From Raillietiella orientalis (Eukaryota), in contig JAYWIR010000019.1 in NCBI GenBank assembly GCA_036172245.1, positions 1,426,001 to 1,490,000 of the forward strand: DNA of 64,000 nt, read 5' to 3'. Each line of letters begins with the position of its first letter. The first letter of the stretch is position 1. The translations under genes were made by a program, and so were the position numbers. Below are positions 50,606 to 64,000 of the stretch, piece after piece. Under the pieces are notes generated by a model. The model had not been told where the DNA came from, did no database searches, and saw only the letters and a program-made list of their open reading frames with translations.

Positions 50606-52192
50606 TGTGATTCCAGCATTTCCTTTGTATGCATAGCTTTCATATTTACGCACATCTACGAAAAAAGATATGAAATGTCTTTATACATGTGCCTGCTATT
50701 TTTTTATTTTAAGAACTGGCTCCAATAACTAAAGAATTTTCTTTCCATGGAGAGAGATGACTATATGTATTTTTAGTAGTGGATGGTTTCTTTTGTTTTA
50801 TTTGCATTTCATACTCGCAAATCTGTAGATGCATTTGTGAGTAGTGCCGTATCGGAAGTCTGTTGATCCATTAATCTGATATTTTTGTGGACAAATAGCC
50901 TGTTTTTTGTCACTGTCTCGGTTGCTTCAAAGAAATTGGTTGCTTAGACTCAAACGCAAACCTTTAATTTATTTTTGTCCTTTCAATCTATATTCTTGAC
51001 TTTTAGAAAAAACACTATCAAACTCATTATTTATTGTAACTGTTATTTATTTTCCTCTTTATATGGATTTGAAATTACTTATCTTTTGTTTGTTTTTTTG
51101 TTTCATTTCGATATGAATATATATGTTGCTAAGGAAGTCATTATTGTATTCGTATATCAACAAACGGAACTGAGTTCTCGCAGTTTACTTTGACAAATTA
51201 TGGTATAACAAATACTAGTCCTATCAAACTTATTGGACTATTAAGCATGTGAAGAAATGTGGTTTTGATTTGCATTGACACTACGTTCTTCATCTACATG
51301 AGTATTCAAATAAGATTAATTTGCTCACTTTGAGAATTAGAAGTCCAGGAGCTTATATGCTTTTTATCTCCGTAGTGTGTTACTTATGTACTTCATTATA
51401 TACAAACTTCTATTTAGAAGACTGCTATAGGATATCTAAAATTCTGGTCAGTTTTTATCTGGCAATGTTGACTGACAATGGTTCAATGTTTTGGGGTTGC
51501 AGAATGGTACACGTGGAATTTCGAAAGTGTATCAAGTTACTCAAAGGTGGCTTCGACAAAAAAAGAGTCAAAAGTAACAATCAGAGTTAACAATGTTGTA
51601 TTCCCCTTTTTTGTGTGCATGCTATAAGGTTTTGGGGGATGCATGAACGCAGCCCGCTAACAAACCTTGTCCACTTGTGAGGCATCTCAGATACTCCAGC
51701 AGAATAAAGGATTTAGTGAACTCGACCGATTTGGTTGATGCACGTTTCCATGTCTGTTGTTTTGGGCAGCCCCACGTCATTAAACAGCTAAGATTTTAAT
51801 CCCAAACATTGACATACGTATTATTATTACTTGCCTTGAGAAGTCAGTTGGGTTATGTCTAATATTGGTGTTTCATGGAGACAATAAGAAAACACTGACC
51901 ATCGGCTATATTCACACGTGGTATATTTGTAAACAGTACATAGGATTTTTTAAATAATAAGTGATTGCTCGAGTATAGTAGACAAAGTAGCATCAAGTAT
52001 TTGGCGGATGTATGGGATGTTAAACTGTGAATCGGATATACATTTGGATGTTCGAATAAATCTAGACTGCTTTATTAGGGGCATTAAGCAAAATTGCCAT
52101 TATGTACTTTTAGGAAATTTATTATTAAAAATAGACTTACTTTCATAGGAGCTATTGGTCTGCTAGTTTAGAATTTTTGAAATTCGTCCCAC

Positions 52193-54007
52193 ATGGAAAG
52201 TTCTCTCCCAATTGACATACACTGCAGTAAACTTTTAGACTGGATAATCAGCAGGAGACATGCCAAAACAAACTGGATGGAATCACTGGAAATAATCCGA
52301 AAAAAAATAAAAGATGCCCTTCGTAATATGCCTGCAGACAATGAGATGACAAAATTGCTTTCAGGAACATGTAAATACTGTTAACATAATAATAGCAGCA
52401 AAATGGAAATGAACATAATTTCTGACAACTCTTGTTATTTATAACTTCATTTGTCGTCATTTTTACTAAAACAATGATTCTAGATATCAATTATTTCCAC
52501 TGTTGTAAAATAATGGAAATTTTGAAGAGGACAGAAGCTGACAGCAAAAATGTCCTTGGCTTTTACACCTCTCAGCGAATGAAGGACTGGCAAGAAATTT
52601 TGAGGCTGTATGAAGAGGAAGGAGTATTTTTAGCAGAAACTGCACAGCTGCTGATGAGAAATGTCACTTATGAGATACCCGGTTTAAAGCGCAGCATTGT
52701 GAGATGTGGAGAACTTCAAGAGGTATAGTTTGTAAGGTATTGAACACAAATAAATCCAAGGGACAGGAATGCCACAGAAAGGAACAAGAACTGCACAAGA
52801 TTATTAACACCACACATAGTCAGTATCTTAATGGCTGTAAACAGATAGGTGTTATTGGAAATCATCTCAAGGAAGAATTATTGGAATTGGTGAAGCAGCT
52901 GCCCAAGATTTTGGATGAGATTGCATCCAAAAGCCAGTGCTTGCAGCATGCTAGAGAATTTTATCAGAGTTTTGTTAGCTTTTCATTAGAGTCTGCAACT
53001 CAGAGACAGGAATGTCTATCCATGTTGGCCTTCTTGCAAAGTGAGAAGAATTGCTGTAGTACTCATTATAATATAATATTTTGAGATAAGGGAAATTGTA
53101 CTGTTTATGAATGGAAATATAAAGTGGCTCCCACATGTGTTAAAAGACCAGACATCAGTAATTTTCCTGATGCAGTTTCTTGTGATAATGGTGAAGATCT
53201 TCAGGCAGGTCTGTAAGAGGTTTACATTGGATGTAACAAATGTATAGATCAAGGGATTGATTGGGGTGATTTGGAGGAAATGCAGCCACTTTCAAATGAT
53301 GTGCAGCAGGATGTGCATTTCATATCAGCAGCACAGGATTCAGGTATCACTCTGGAGGAATTTGGTGTGCAGGAAAAGGGTGTAGCAACAGATTTAGAAG
53401 CTTTGACTGTATTGGAGAACCAAGTAACTAGAGACCTTGTGCTGAATGATCTTACAGAGGTGAGGGCGAAATTTGTTTGTACTTTCTTTGTGAGGGAAAT
53501 AATTGACTACAGCTAAAAGGATTTTTGGAGATTCGCCTCTGGGAGATGAAAGCTGGAGATAATGTGTTATCTCTTAGTCAGCTCCAGTCTGCTCCTGCAC
53601 TAGTACAGATGATGAGTGTTGATGTGATTGAAAGCATGCTAGGCCATGTAGCATGCATCTGGCAGCAACTGACTTCTGTAAAACTGAAGCATCTGTTACT
53701 TATTCAGTCTTCACCACGTTATGTGGATCGACTAGTACAGTCTTTACAGCAACCACATCAGTTAGAAGAAAAACTTGTGAAGGAACTACAACATCTTCAG
53801 AATAGAAGTAAGCAAGCACAAGATGAAGTTCAACATTTGCAGCCACAATTGACACATCTCATTAGGCAAAGTCGAGTATTGCAAGATCAGGTAACTTTGG
53901 AGTCAAATATATTGTTTTTAGCTTTGAATATTCAGGTAGAACAGGAGATCTCAAAGAAGTATCACTCTCGGTTAGTGAATATAATGGGAGGTGTGCCAGC
54001 AGCCTAA
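52193..54007 (+). CDS. CDK5RAP3: CDK5 regulatory subunit-associated protein 3 (C53/LZAP), 7 exons
   Basis: LPIDIHCSKLLDWIISRRH, INYFHC..I.EILK.TE...KN..G.Y.SQRMKDWQEI, KGNCTVYEW, IDWGD, SPRYVDRL and ISKKYHSRLVNIMGG. Introns at 52371-52483, 52723-52766, 53041-53085, 53209-53247, 53460-53512 and 53891-53935 restore one reading frame. Confidence 0.96.
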
Positions 54008-57000
54008 TTTATATGAGAATTTTCCTTAGTGCAGCCTAAATTGAGCTGCCAAGAACCCAGCACAGTTTCATGAATTGACTTTATGCAGAACTTTGATTTT
54101 CGGAAACGTGTTGCATTTATATGCTAATTTTCTTATTATATTCAAGCTCTATTTAAAGATACATAACATGTTCGGACTTTTGGGTAGTTGTTGATTAATT
54201 TTTTTCGTTTATCTCAAAAGACATGAAGGTTGACAAATACTGCTCTGCATCCTGTAGTAAATGAAAAGGTCACATCTCAAACAATGAGAAAATTGGTTTA
54301 TGCCAAATTTATTGATTATAGTGAGTAAAAGCAGCTCACACAGCAATCTTGAAGAATAAAATGAGAGGAACATTTTAAAACAGTGCTCATTCAATAATAA
54401 AATGGGAAAACCACACAAAAATGGTAGCTTCTGGATGTTTTCAGCCAAACATGAGACTGAAGAAAACCAGCATAACAGAGAACAAAGGAACCATAACAAC
54501 TCGGCATTGCATTATTACTTTTAAACTGACAAAGCAATAGAAACTGCAGTTATAAGTCGCAATCCTAGAGAATAAAAGTCCACTCGTTGAGAGATGAAAG
54601 TGACTTTTAGTGTGGACTAACTATGCAAAAAGAAAAAAGCATTCTGTAAAGATGCAGGAACTGTTGAATTGTCTTATCCACAAAGGAGAACAGGATTGTA
54701 AAGATTATTAGTATAATGAAATTTTCAAAGAAAGACATGCTCTGTACAGCCCTCACAGATATGGATCTAAATAAAATGCTGATGAAAGTTGAGGTAGGCT
54801 ACTTTCACCTACCCAGTGAAAAAATGGGACCTAAATTTGGGGGGATTTCAAATTTGATAAGTTCTTGTGGTCATACAGGTGCGCGATCATTGTAATGTTA
54901 CTTTGCCCAAAGTCCAATTCACCAGCTTAAGAAATGCTTGAAAGTAAAAATGTTCGGCGTGATTCCAATTCCGTTTTGTTTGTTTTCACGTAATTTGTTT
55001 GATTCTCATATCTCGTGCGTCCCACTCTAAACATTGCAGCACGTGTGCTCTTCAAACTTTGTTGAAATTATTGTTCCAAGTCTTTCGTTCTCGAAAATTC
55101 TGTGCTGCCCAAAAACCTTGATGTGTCCCATGAAAATGTCATCAGCGATTTTGCGGGAGTTCGTCTGAATTGATTTGGTGGCGTACATTTGTCTTTTCTC
55201 GAACTCTTGCTGCAAAGGAAAGTTTTTTTTTTTGGTGTGTGTGTGTCTTGCTTTTGTATGTTCTCGATCGCGTTGTCGTTTTTCCTGCCCAGACTGCCCG
55301 CCAACTAACCAGGCTTCCCACTACGAAGACTCGGAAATCCCTCACGGTTCGCATGGCGAACGGGGGGAAAGCTTTTTGCCTGTTAGGCCGATTCAGAAAA
55401 CAAACGTGCCTTCCATCCTCTTGCGTGGAAAGGAATTTAGAGTTTTCGTTTGATCGCCGAACCGGAAACGGGATGAAAAGTCGGGGGTCGAGATTTCGAA
55501 ATGGCTCCAGAACTAATGAAGCAGAGGGCCTACAGTGTGGGAGCAGAAGCAGAAGAAGCATTGCACTTTTCAGCCTTCCGAAAGTCTTGGACATCAGCAA
55601 GTGCCACAGAAGCGGCGTCCGACGGTGGAGCACACTCTAAAGAAGAGGATTAATTGACGGCTACGTCACGATTCTATTCTTTTTCTTTTTTTTCTTTTTT
55701 GGAAATGCGAATGTGCCATGTGTGCAACTTGGCATCGGTTCATCATTCACAGTGAACACAAGCGGATCTTGAAGAATATTCCAAACTTTTGCTCGTAGAG
55801 TCTAAGGAAGCTGCTTGAACTGTTTGCAATTATTCGGTTGCATCATCTTTTAATGGCCCCTTTTGACCTGAAACTTGCAGCGTTTGCTTATGCTATCAAT
55901 GCATCAGTCGGAACGGGTATTGTAGTTGCTGATCTGAGAAGCAGCGGAAGAAAATCCCTTTAAATGACGTTATAAAGCCTGGGAATCACCTTTTTAGATG
56001 CTGCACTTTTTTCCCGTTTACTAGTTCTTGGACTGTGTGAGACTTGTTCCTCTCCAGGAAAGCATACGTGGACGATGAAGGGCAAATGATAGTAATTTTA
56101 AAGATTCATTTGGGGGGTTGTAAACTGTTGTAAGCTTTTTGGACACCATACATGTTCTGGAAATACATATATACATACAGCACTGCTTTTGTCACGTTGT
56201 GAGGATGCTGTTTAGGCCTCGTATACAGTTCTGTTCCTACTTGACCGTACCCAGAAAAGGATAATGTATCTAGGTGTTTTGATTCACAATGTCAAACGCG
56301 GTTAATATGGATCTGTTTATCAGAAGCACCGCACGCTTACTATAAAAAAATAAAAGTAAAAATTCAGGGTGAGAGGGATTAATGTCAGAGCCAGGCATCT
56401 GAGCAGAATTCAGAATGAAAACTTTGAAAGGGATTTTCCATCGGTAAGCCCATGTTCGTGTTGTTTGTGATTTATTTTTGCATGACTCTAAAAGTATACT
56501 AAATCAACTATTAGTAGCAAGTAAAATTCACTTTTTGTGTGAAAAGCCTGTTTCGTATCAAGACAGCCGCAGAGAATTTGCATATGTGGTGCACACAGTG
56601 GTAAGTACGGTTTGAGGACAAAAGAAAGCATTTTCCATTTCATAAGCATTAAAAAGCAAGGAACAAGGTCCATTAATCGGCATCGAGATGGACCTAAAAA
56701 CCGAGATGATAAATGATAGCTTATTTTGATTTCAGAGCTTTCCATAAGAAGGCGGCAAAGTGGATCAGGGCAATAAATGGAAAACGCGCGGGTTCTACTT
56801 CATTCTCCTTGAAACGTGGATTACCTGGAAAGCAACAGATGTAGTGCCACACTAACGATCAGAATCACATCGTAAATGATCACGGAGTGAAATCACTTGT
56901 TTGCACATATTTCAAAGTCACATCATGCACGCAATAAAACGATCAATCAGAAAACTAGGAAGATGTAATTCTACTTCCGACGAAAAGACATTTAGATGGA

Positions 57001-60000
57001 GAATTGTGAATTTGTTCTTCGGCAGATTCCTCGAAACACAACAGATTTATACAAAAAGGAAGGTAAAAACTCCGTTGGTGGAGCTGATGCTTTTCTATTT
57101 GCTTTCTGTCGTGGACGTCAAATGCTCGTACGCGTTTATATACACGAAACTTCACCGTACACGTGCTTCCATCCCGAGAGGAAGGATTATTCGGGCACCG
57201 AGATGAAAATCAAACAGCTGCATCGTGCATGGGGACCCGGGCATCCTCTCGGAAGGATGAATAACTTCAAAGTGGCTTCCTCGTCTTTTTGGAGAACACG
57301 GGAAATTTCGGAATGGAAATTGCAAATTCGGGAACGAACTCCTTCGAGTGCTTCGAAGCACCGAGGGCAGATTTAGCCATCTCGAGCCATCTGGCAAGTG
57401 GGAGATCAGAGGGTGGCTCTTGCAGGTTTCCTCAGGGCATCTGATTCACATTATGGGCGGTGGTGCTCTTTCGGAGAGACCGATGTTGCGTTGAAAGTCT
57501 TCCTCCTCTTTGCAACTTGCTGCTCTGATTACCAAGCTGTTGCAGCATCCCGCCAGAGTGATTTCTTCCCCACCATTGGGTTTCAGCCGACCTTCGCCCA
57601 GGATGCTTCTTTCCTTTTCCAGCTTCCGATTTCCTTCTTTCCGAAGACCGGCTAAACCTGACGGACAGAGGCCGCGGCTGAGGAAGCATTTCAGCCGTCT
57701 CCCTTCCCCCTCGTCTTCCTCGGCAGCGATCCTCCGCCTCGCCGCTCGTCCCATCCTGCGCTCCGGGGACGTCGGGCGCTCGTGAGGGCTGCGCCGATTC
57801 CATTCCCCTCCCTCCCTGGACGGATGGCCGTCCGGAGGTCTGTTCAGTCCCTGACGGCCACTCGCGCTTCTATCGGAAATAGCCCGGGACGGAACAGTGC
57901 GGCCTAGCGCAGTCTCCTCGCCCCGGCCGCTACGGGCTCGCCGGCGAATCCATCCCCCGCCTCGCTGGCATCCCTGCCCGCCTCTCCTGAGACGGGAGCG
58001 GTGGCACGCGCGCCCTCCTCCTTCGCAGGCGGGTCGTGCAGTGCACAGTGCTGCCTCCCGGACAAGACGAGACTCGCTCCGAGCCAGGGAGCGAAGGTAG
58101 AAGAAAAGAGGGAGGAAGAGGAAGGGAGGAGGACGAGAAGGAAAGGGGAAGGAAGAGAGAAGGACGACAAGGAAGGGTGGAAGAGGAGGAAGGGAGAAGC
58201 AAAAGAGGAAGGACCAGTGACTGTGGTGACCAGTGACATCCCCTCCAGCAGCGCACTCTCCGTACCCGCCTCATCACGCTGCTTACCCACCGGCACTGCT
58301 GCTCAGCTAGCGAGTGGCACTCGATCAGGGGCGGACGGTGGCTCAGATAGTCGGTGCCAGCAGGAAAAAGTAAAGACGGGTCTCCCCTTCGCAGGGTGCG
58401 CAGAGGAGACGAATGGCGGCGCAAGCGCTTGGTCCACCTGGCCCGCCTATCGCGACCAGAAGCCCGAGGGTGCACCAACGATGGCAACTCCTACTACCTT
58501 CGAGAGCGGTATTCTCTGAGGATCCTCCCTGCCCTCTAGCGATCCGACCCCCCGGTGCCACGCTTTGAGGGATTTGAATGTTCCCCCATGTTCCGTTTCC
58601 ATCGCCTGTCCGGTTCCCGTGGTTACCCAGGGAACACCGTTTCCCTGGCTCCGGCCCTGGGCGCCGCCACCCGTCTGGACTCACGAGGATGCGGGAGCGG
58701 GCGTGAGTCGGATAAGGTTGCCACAGTTACCCCGCCGCGTCCTCGCAGAGGGAAAGCTCCCCCACGCCGGATTGGCGCCGATGGACGGAGCAGGAGCGGG
58801 GCGCGACCAGCGACTGCCGGTGGCTCGAGCACCCCCTCGACGGATCTTGCCCCGAGGCGGAAGCGGAACATACCACGCCAGGACCCGGGATCCTCCTCGA
58901 AGGCGAGTCCCGGGTCTCTCCTTCCCCCCTCGGGGCATGCTCTTGACGTCGCATAATGCACCAGACCGCAGCAGTCAGGGGAGGGTCCCCTCCCTCCGCA
59001 CGAATGGCCAAGCGGTAGCAGGCTCTGCTGTTTCCGCTCTCCCGCGCAGGGGATACCTTGCGTGGCGTCGCGCACGCAGCGGACCACTGGGGACACTGCC
59101 CATCCACCCCTCCTCCTCAAAACAAGCGCCCTGAGGCGAGGGCATCGTCCTTCCTTCGCCAGCGTTGAAGGTCAGGTCGCCCCGCCCAAGCCCGCCCCCG
59201 CGTCTCTGCGGTCACTCTGCGCAAGCGGATACCGCGGACCCAGGGTCAGCAATGCCGCTTCGCTGCCTCCTCCCGCGCCCGCCTCCACGGTCACCGACCA
59301 CCGTCCTGCGGCGGTTGCCCAGGAAAAAAAAGGCGAGGCTTCCCGCCGCCGCAAACGCGGTCGGGGCTTCCGGCGGCGGCGGCGCTGTGAGCCGACGTCC
59401 GCCCCTGTCCGCGACGGGTCCGACCGCGCGCTTCCGGTCGCGTGCCCCGACCTCCCCCTTGTCCGCGCTCTGCGGGCAGGCGGCCCGTTCCCGCCCAAGG
59501 ACGGACGGACGTCGCGGCGGCGGCGAGCTGCGGTTGCGCACCTCTCCCTTTCGCTCCTGCGCGGAACCGCCGCGAGCAGGCAGACTGCAGCGCCTCTGCG
59601 GCGCGTGCGCGCACTCCCCTTTCTTCGTTCCCCCGCCGAGAGGGGGAGAGGTGAGGGGGTGGGGATCCCTCCCTAACCGAAGGTCTGTCCGCCTGGGTGG
59701 TGAGGAGTGGAGGAGCGTCGAAGTCCCTTCCTCAGCTCCCTCCACCCCCGTGCTCCATCCTCGACCCGCTCTTGACCTCCTCCTGCCTTGACGTTGCCGA
59801 CCGGGGTTGGAAGTAGGTGCCATCGTCCGCGCCCCTTTGAAGGTCGCCCACCGGGGAGCGAGCGAACTGTCACGGGGGGAGGGGGGAGGAGCCCTCTGCT
59901 CCCCCTCTCCCCCCTCTTTTGTCTCGCTCCTTCCCCGTCAGTTTCCGCCGCCGTCACAGAGGCAACGTCCGGCGCGCGCCCTGAGGCGACAGCATCCCCC

Positions 60001-62191
60001 GCAGCATCCCCTCCACACCGGAAGCGCACCGTCGCGGCAGCCGCTGCTGCCGCCTGGAGAGGCTGTCCGGAGGCCCCGATATGCGCGCGCGCTCGGACCC
60101 TACCCCACTCTCCCCCCGACGACCCAATCTACCTGCTATCTAGACTCGCAGGAAAATAGAAGTCTTTCGCAGCTCGCCTTCCGACTAGCGCAGGTGGTCG
60201 GCCCCTCCTGGCCCTCCAACCCACCCGCGGGAGGAGGAAACGGCTGCCGCCTTGCCGGGAAAGGGGAAGGGGGAGGGGGAAGGACGATGAGGAATTCGTT
60301 TCAGGTCGGGCACGGGCTACCCTGGCGCGTGTTGCCCGCGCCACCTCCGACGGCGCCTCCCCGTAAGTGTTCTTGAGGGGAGGAGAGGGGAAGGGACGAA
60401 AGAATCGCGTCTCTGGGGCGTGCCGCTCTCTTCCCGGCGAGGCGGCCAGGGGATCCTCCTGTGTAGTCGTTCGATCCCGCGAGCGAAAGGCGGGAAGAGG
60501 ACAGCAGTGGACTCGAAAGAGCCCGCCGGAATCCCGGGCACCCAAGGATGCCCTCCTCCAGCTCCCCGGAGGGGAACGGCCCCTTCTCGGGAAATGCCGT
60601 CCCTCCCCCGCGAGCATGGCGGATCCGAAAGCTGGGGCTCCTGGGGTGACCGCCGGTGAGAAGGAGGGCCGGGCACCGGCGGCAGCCCTCCGCTAGCCTT
60701 CTAGTAGCCACCGCGCCGCGGCAGCCTCGCGGTCTCCCAGGGCGACCGCCGGTACGCGCCGGCGGGGACCGTAGCCCCGCGGCGGCGTGTCGGCGGGCGC
60801 AGACGGGCGGAACGGAGGTTCGGGCAACGCCCACCGGTCAGACATCACTGGGTGGCGCGCACTGCCGCTGGACCGTGCCCGGTTCTCCCCTCGGGAGGGG
60901 GGGGGGAGCGCACTCGAGCGCGCGCGGGCCGGTGACCCTCGGCAAGGGGCCCACGCAGTCGTCTCTGGTGGCTTCTCACGGGCGATCGAGCGCCCGGCGC
61001 GCGCACGCGCGGGGGGCCGCCTCGGGGCGGCGGCGCTTCCTTTCCCGCTTTCCCCAGGTCCCGCCTCCTTCCCTGCGCCCCGCCTTCCTATCCTCTCGGC
61101 CTCTCCGGCTCCTCCCGCATAGATCGCCAGCGGCCAACCGCCCGCCCGTTGGGGGGATGCGGAGATGACGGAGTTGCCCCGAGCGGTGCCGATCGGGTCC
61201 TCCTGGGAACGCTCCTAGCGACCGCGGCCCGGGCTGGGTCGGCTTCCGGGGAGCGGCGCGGCGCGCCCAACAGCCCTGACTGAGGCCTCGGCCCCACGGA
61301 CTGACCTCCATCCCTTCCTATCCGTCCGTGCCGAGTTTCCCATCGCGCCGCTTGGAGGCGACACCGGCGGTAACCTGACAGGAGTCCCGCTGGCGGGGCG
61401 ACCCGACCTGGACTCGCAAAAAGAACACCGAAAGTCCCTCGGGGCATCCCGGCACAGGAGGGATTGAATCCCGGCTGGTCCCGAGCAGGGGGACGCGTTG
61501 GATGCGGAGTCATTGAATACTTCGCGGGCTTCCCGCCGCCGACGTGCCGGGGGGATCCAAGGGGGTGCCGAAGGACACGCTCGACGGCGAGGAGGAAGGG
61601 ACGTGGTTAGGCGGAGACATGGGGCGGGACGACCCGGAGGCGACGTCCCACGTCTGATGCCAGAACGGGACCGACCTTTCCGAGATGACCACGGCCTGTG
61701 GCTTTCCGGCGCCGCCGTGCGCCGCCAGCGGGAGAGAAAAAAACCCGTGGAGGCCATTTGGAGAGGAGAGGAGTTTTCGGGTCAAAGGCTGGCGAGGTGG
61801 TCGCTCCAGAAGAGAGGATGTGGCGCCATCCGCTCGCAGCCCGCGCTCGAGCGCGTATCGCGCGCGCTCGACGGCGCCGGCTTGCTCCTCCGCGACGTCA
61901 TTGTTCCTGTGGCACCGGAGGACGGTGTCACGCAGGCACTCCCGACCAATGGAGAAGCGCGAAACGGCGCGCCGCCATCCCCTGCCTCTCGATGAAGCCG
62001 TCCAGCAAGGGCCGGGTTGAAAGCTGAGCTCTCGGTTTCATGGCGACGGGAGGACGATCTACCAAGCGAAGGGGCAGTTCAAGAGAACTCGGCTACACCC
62101 CTCCACTGTTATATCACCATGACAGGATTCCGCCGCCCCTCTACCACGATTCTATTGCCATCTTCTACCGCCATTCCACTACGATTCCCGC

Positions 62192-62787
62192 CCGCTCTGG
62201 CGGCCAAGTGAATGGTGACCTCCTCACGTTGTAAGAAGCGTTGTGGGTTCGAATCCTGCTAGGGGAAGGACCGATGCTAAGAATAGGTGGGCACGCCGTG
62301 GGTTTCGGGTTTCCCTCCCCGCAGGATGAGGCTAATAGGCCTATTCGGGAGCGGCCTTTGAGGAAGCAGGATGCTTCCGTTGAGTGGCCTTCCGGGAATC
62401 GAGTATCCCAATCGAGTATCTCCTCCAGTTGTGAAGATGGAAGCGTTCCGTGAAGCTGATCGATACCTTCCTCGGGGGAAGTTCCATTCCAGAGTGTCAG
62501 GAAGCGCGCTGATCCCATCAGGGAGCTCCCTTCAGAGAAATCGGGAAGTGTTACTTCCCGGTTCTCTTTAGAAGAGTAAGAGGGAGCGGTTCCTTTGTGG
62601 GTTCCCTTCGAATAAGAAACAAGTGTGCCCTCCCCTCCGGGGGGTCCCTCCAGGGAAAATAAAAAAGAGGTTACCTTCGGGGTTTCTCTACCAAGCTTGA
62701 GAGGAACCGACTCCTTTCTCAGGAGTCTTCCTGCATCCATGGGGTAGTCCCTACAAGCTACAAGGTGGCTCCCTAAATTGAAGAGCA
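62192..62787 (+). mobile_element. tRNA-derived SINE-like family copy, apparently full length
   Basis: A-box-like TGGCGGCCAAGTGAATGG, B-box GGTTCGAATCC at ~62246, GGAAGGACCGA, the internal array, and the 3' end CCCTAAATTGAAGAG. Confidence 0.75.
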
Positions 62788-64000
62788 CTGCTACTATTCT
62801 ATTACAATCTTCCTGCCGTTCTATCACCATCTTGCTTATGTTCAAGTGCCATTCCGTTACGATCCTGCTGGTGTTTTCTTTTAATTTGAATGCGTATCGA
62901 CTGGGCGGATGTACTGCGTGTGCTGCTGACTTGGTGTTTGCTGGTGTGGAAGACCTGCTGCGAGTGCAGGAGACCTCAGAACCGGCCATGAGGAGGGGCG
63001 CGAAGGGGGACGTCAGCAGTCTCGACGCGATTCCTAAGCGTGGGACAGGAGCGCACGCTCGCTTGTGTGCGCGCGTCGGAGGAGCCAAGTGGCAGGGCGG
63101 CGAGGGAGGCGCAGATGTGGGGCGCGCGGCGACTGTAAGGAGGGAAGGCGCTCCAGGGGGTGTTCCCTCACGGAAGAAGGGAATCCTGCTGGAGGAGACG
63201 GGAGGGGTGGGCGTAGAACGCCCCACCCTCTCTCCGTTCGAGGAGGGGGACGATGACGACGAGACCGGAGGTCATGCTTCCGGGAAGCGCCGCTCAAGGC
63301 CGCGAAGGGGGTCACGCCCGCCCCCTCGCTGCAAGAAAACCGGACTGCGCCTCGCGGGGCGGCGCACGCACCCGGACGACCTCTGCTGCGGGAGGTTACC
63401 CGGCTGCCCAAAGGGCCGGGGAGCAGCGCCCGCTTCCCGCGTACCTTCAGGCGAAGCGGAGGTGGTCTCGATGCCCTTCCGCCTTAGATCTCGGGGGAGC
63501 CCTCGCATCGAACCCCGGGCGACCAGCACGGCGAGCACTCAAACGCTCTCAGCCGTGGCAGTGCGGTTGGCATTCCGTTGTTGGTGACCGCGGGTCACGC
63601 TCCGAGCTGACCGCGGCAAACGAGAGCGAGAGCTGGCACGAAGCTCCCAGTGGAGCCTGGAGGGCAGCTCCCAAAGAAACGCAGAGCTCACAAATGCGTG
63701 CGGCCTTCCTGAGAGGACCAATGGGAGAGGAGGAACAAACGCGAAGGGCCCATCACCGACATGGGGCCCCAAAGGCAGGAGGAGATGCGGGGAGGGTCTG
63801 GTTTCCCGGCTCGCACCGGCGCTGCACCACCCTATTCGAGCATTCCTCCCTTCCAGGCCGGGGTCGCAGCATCCTGGACGTCGGTCATCTCGCCCGGAGG
63901 TACGGTCGACCGGGCTGGACTTCCGGGACCTTTCGCTGGTTGGGATCCCCCAGGCAACCGCACGGAGGATGAGAACCTGTAGTCTCGGGACGGACTCACC

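Noticed and set aside
54200..57400. Additional host gene downstream of CDK5RAP3 (and likewise at 39.3-41.2 kb)
   Set aside because: No recognisable protein or consistent exon chain found by eye; a gene cannot be excluded without RNA-seq.

Overview
Eukaryotic (most likely invertebrate animal) nuclear DNA with two compositional compartments. An AT-rich gene island (~39.3-57.3 kb) holds two intact, head-to-head genes with very short introns: HEATR1/UTP10 (-, 41281-48303) and CDK5RAP3 (+, 52193-54007). A near-perfect 369-bp inverted repeat lies between them. The flanks (1-39.3 kb and 57.4-64 kb) are a GC-rich graveyard of decayed non-LTR retrotransposons (Tx1/L1-like, R2-like, RTE-like) plus about 10 copies or pieces of one tRNA-derived SINE-like family that carries an internal ~40-nt hairpin array. 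Two AT-rich foreign inserts sit in the graveyard. One is a chimeric, decayed Wolbachia/Rickettsiales-like fragment (M23 peptidase, a membrane protein and ychF; 16004-16754). The other is a decayed CRESS-DNA-virus Rep (HUH motif III plus SF3 helicase; 26712-27305) apparently nested inside an R2-like element. There are also two recent near-identical duplications (867 bp direct, 304 bp inverted), and both start inside SINE heads. Most ORFs in the supplied track are spurious GC-rich ORFs. All family assignments come from motif recognition by eye; no database searches were run.
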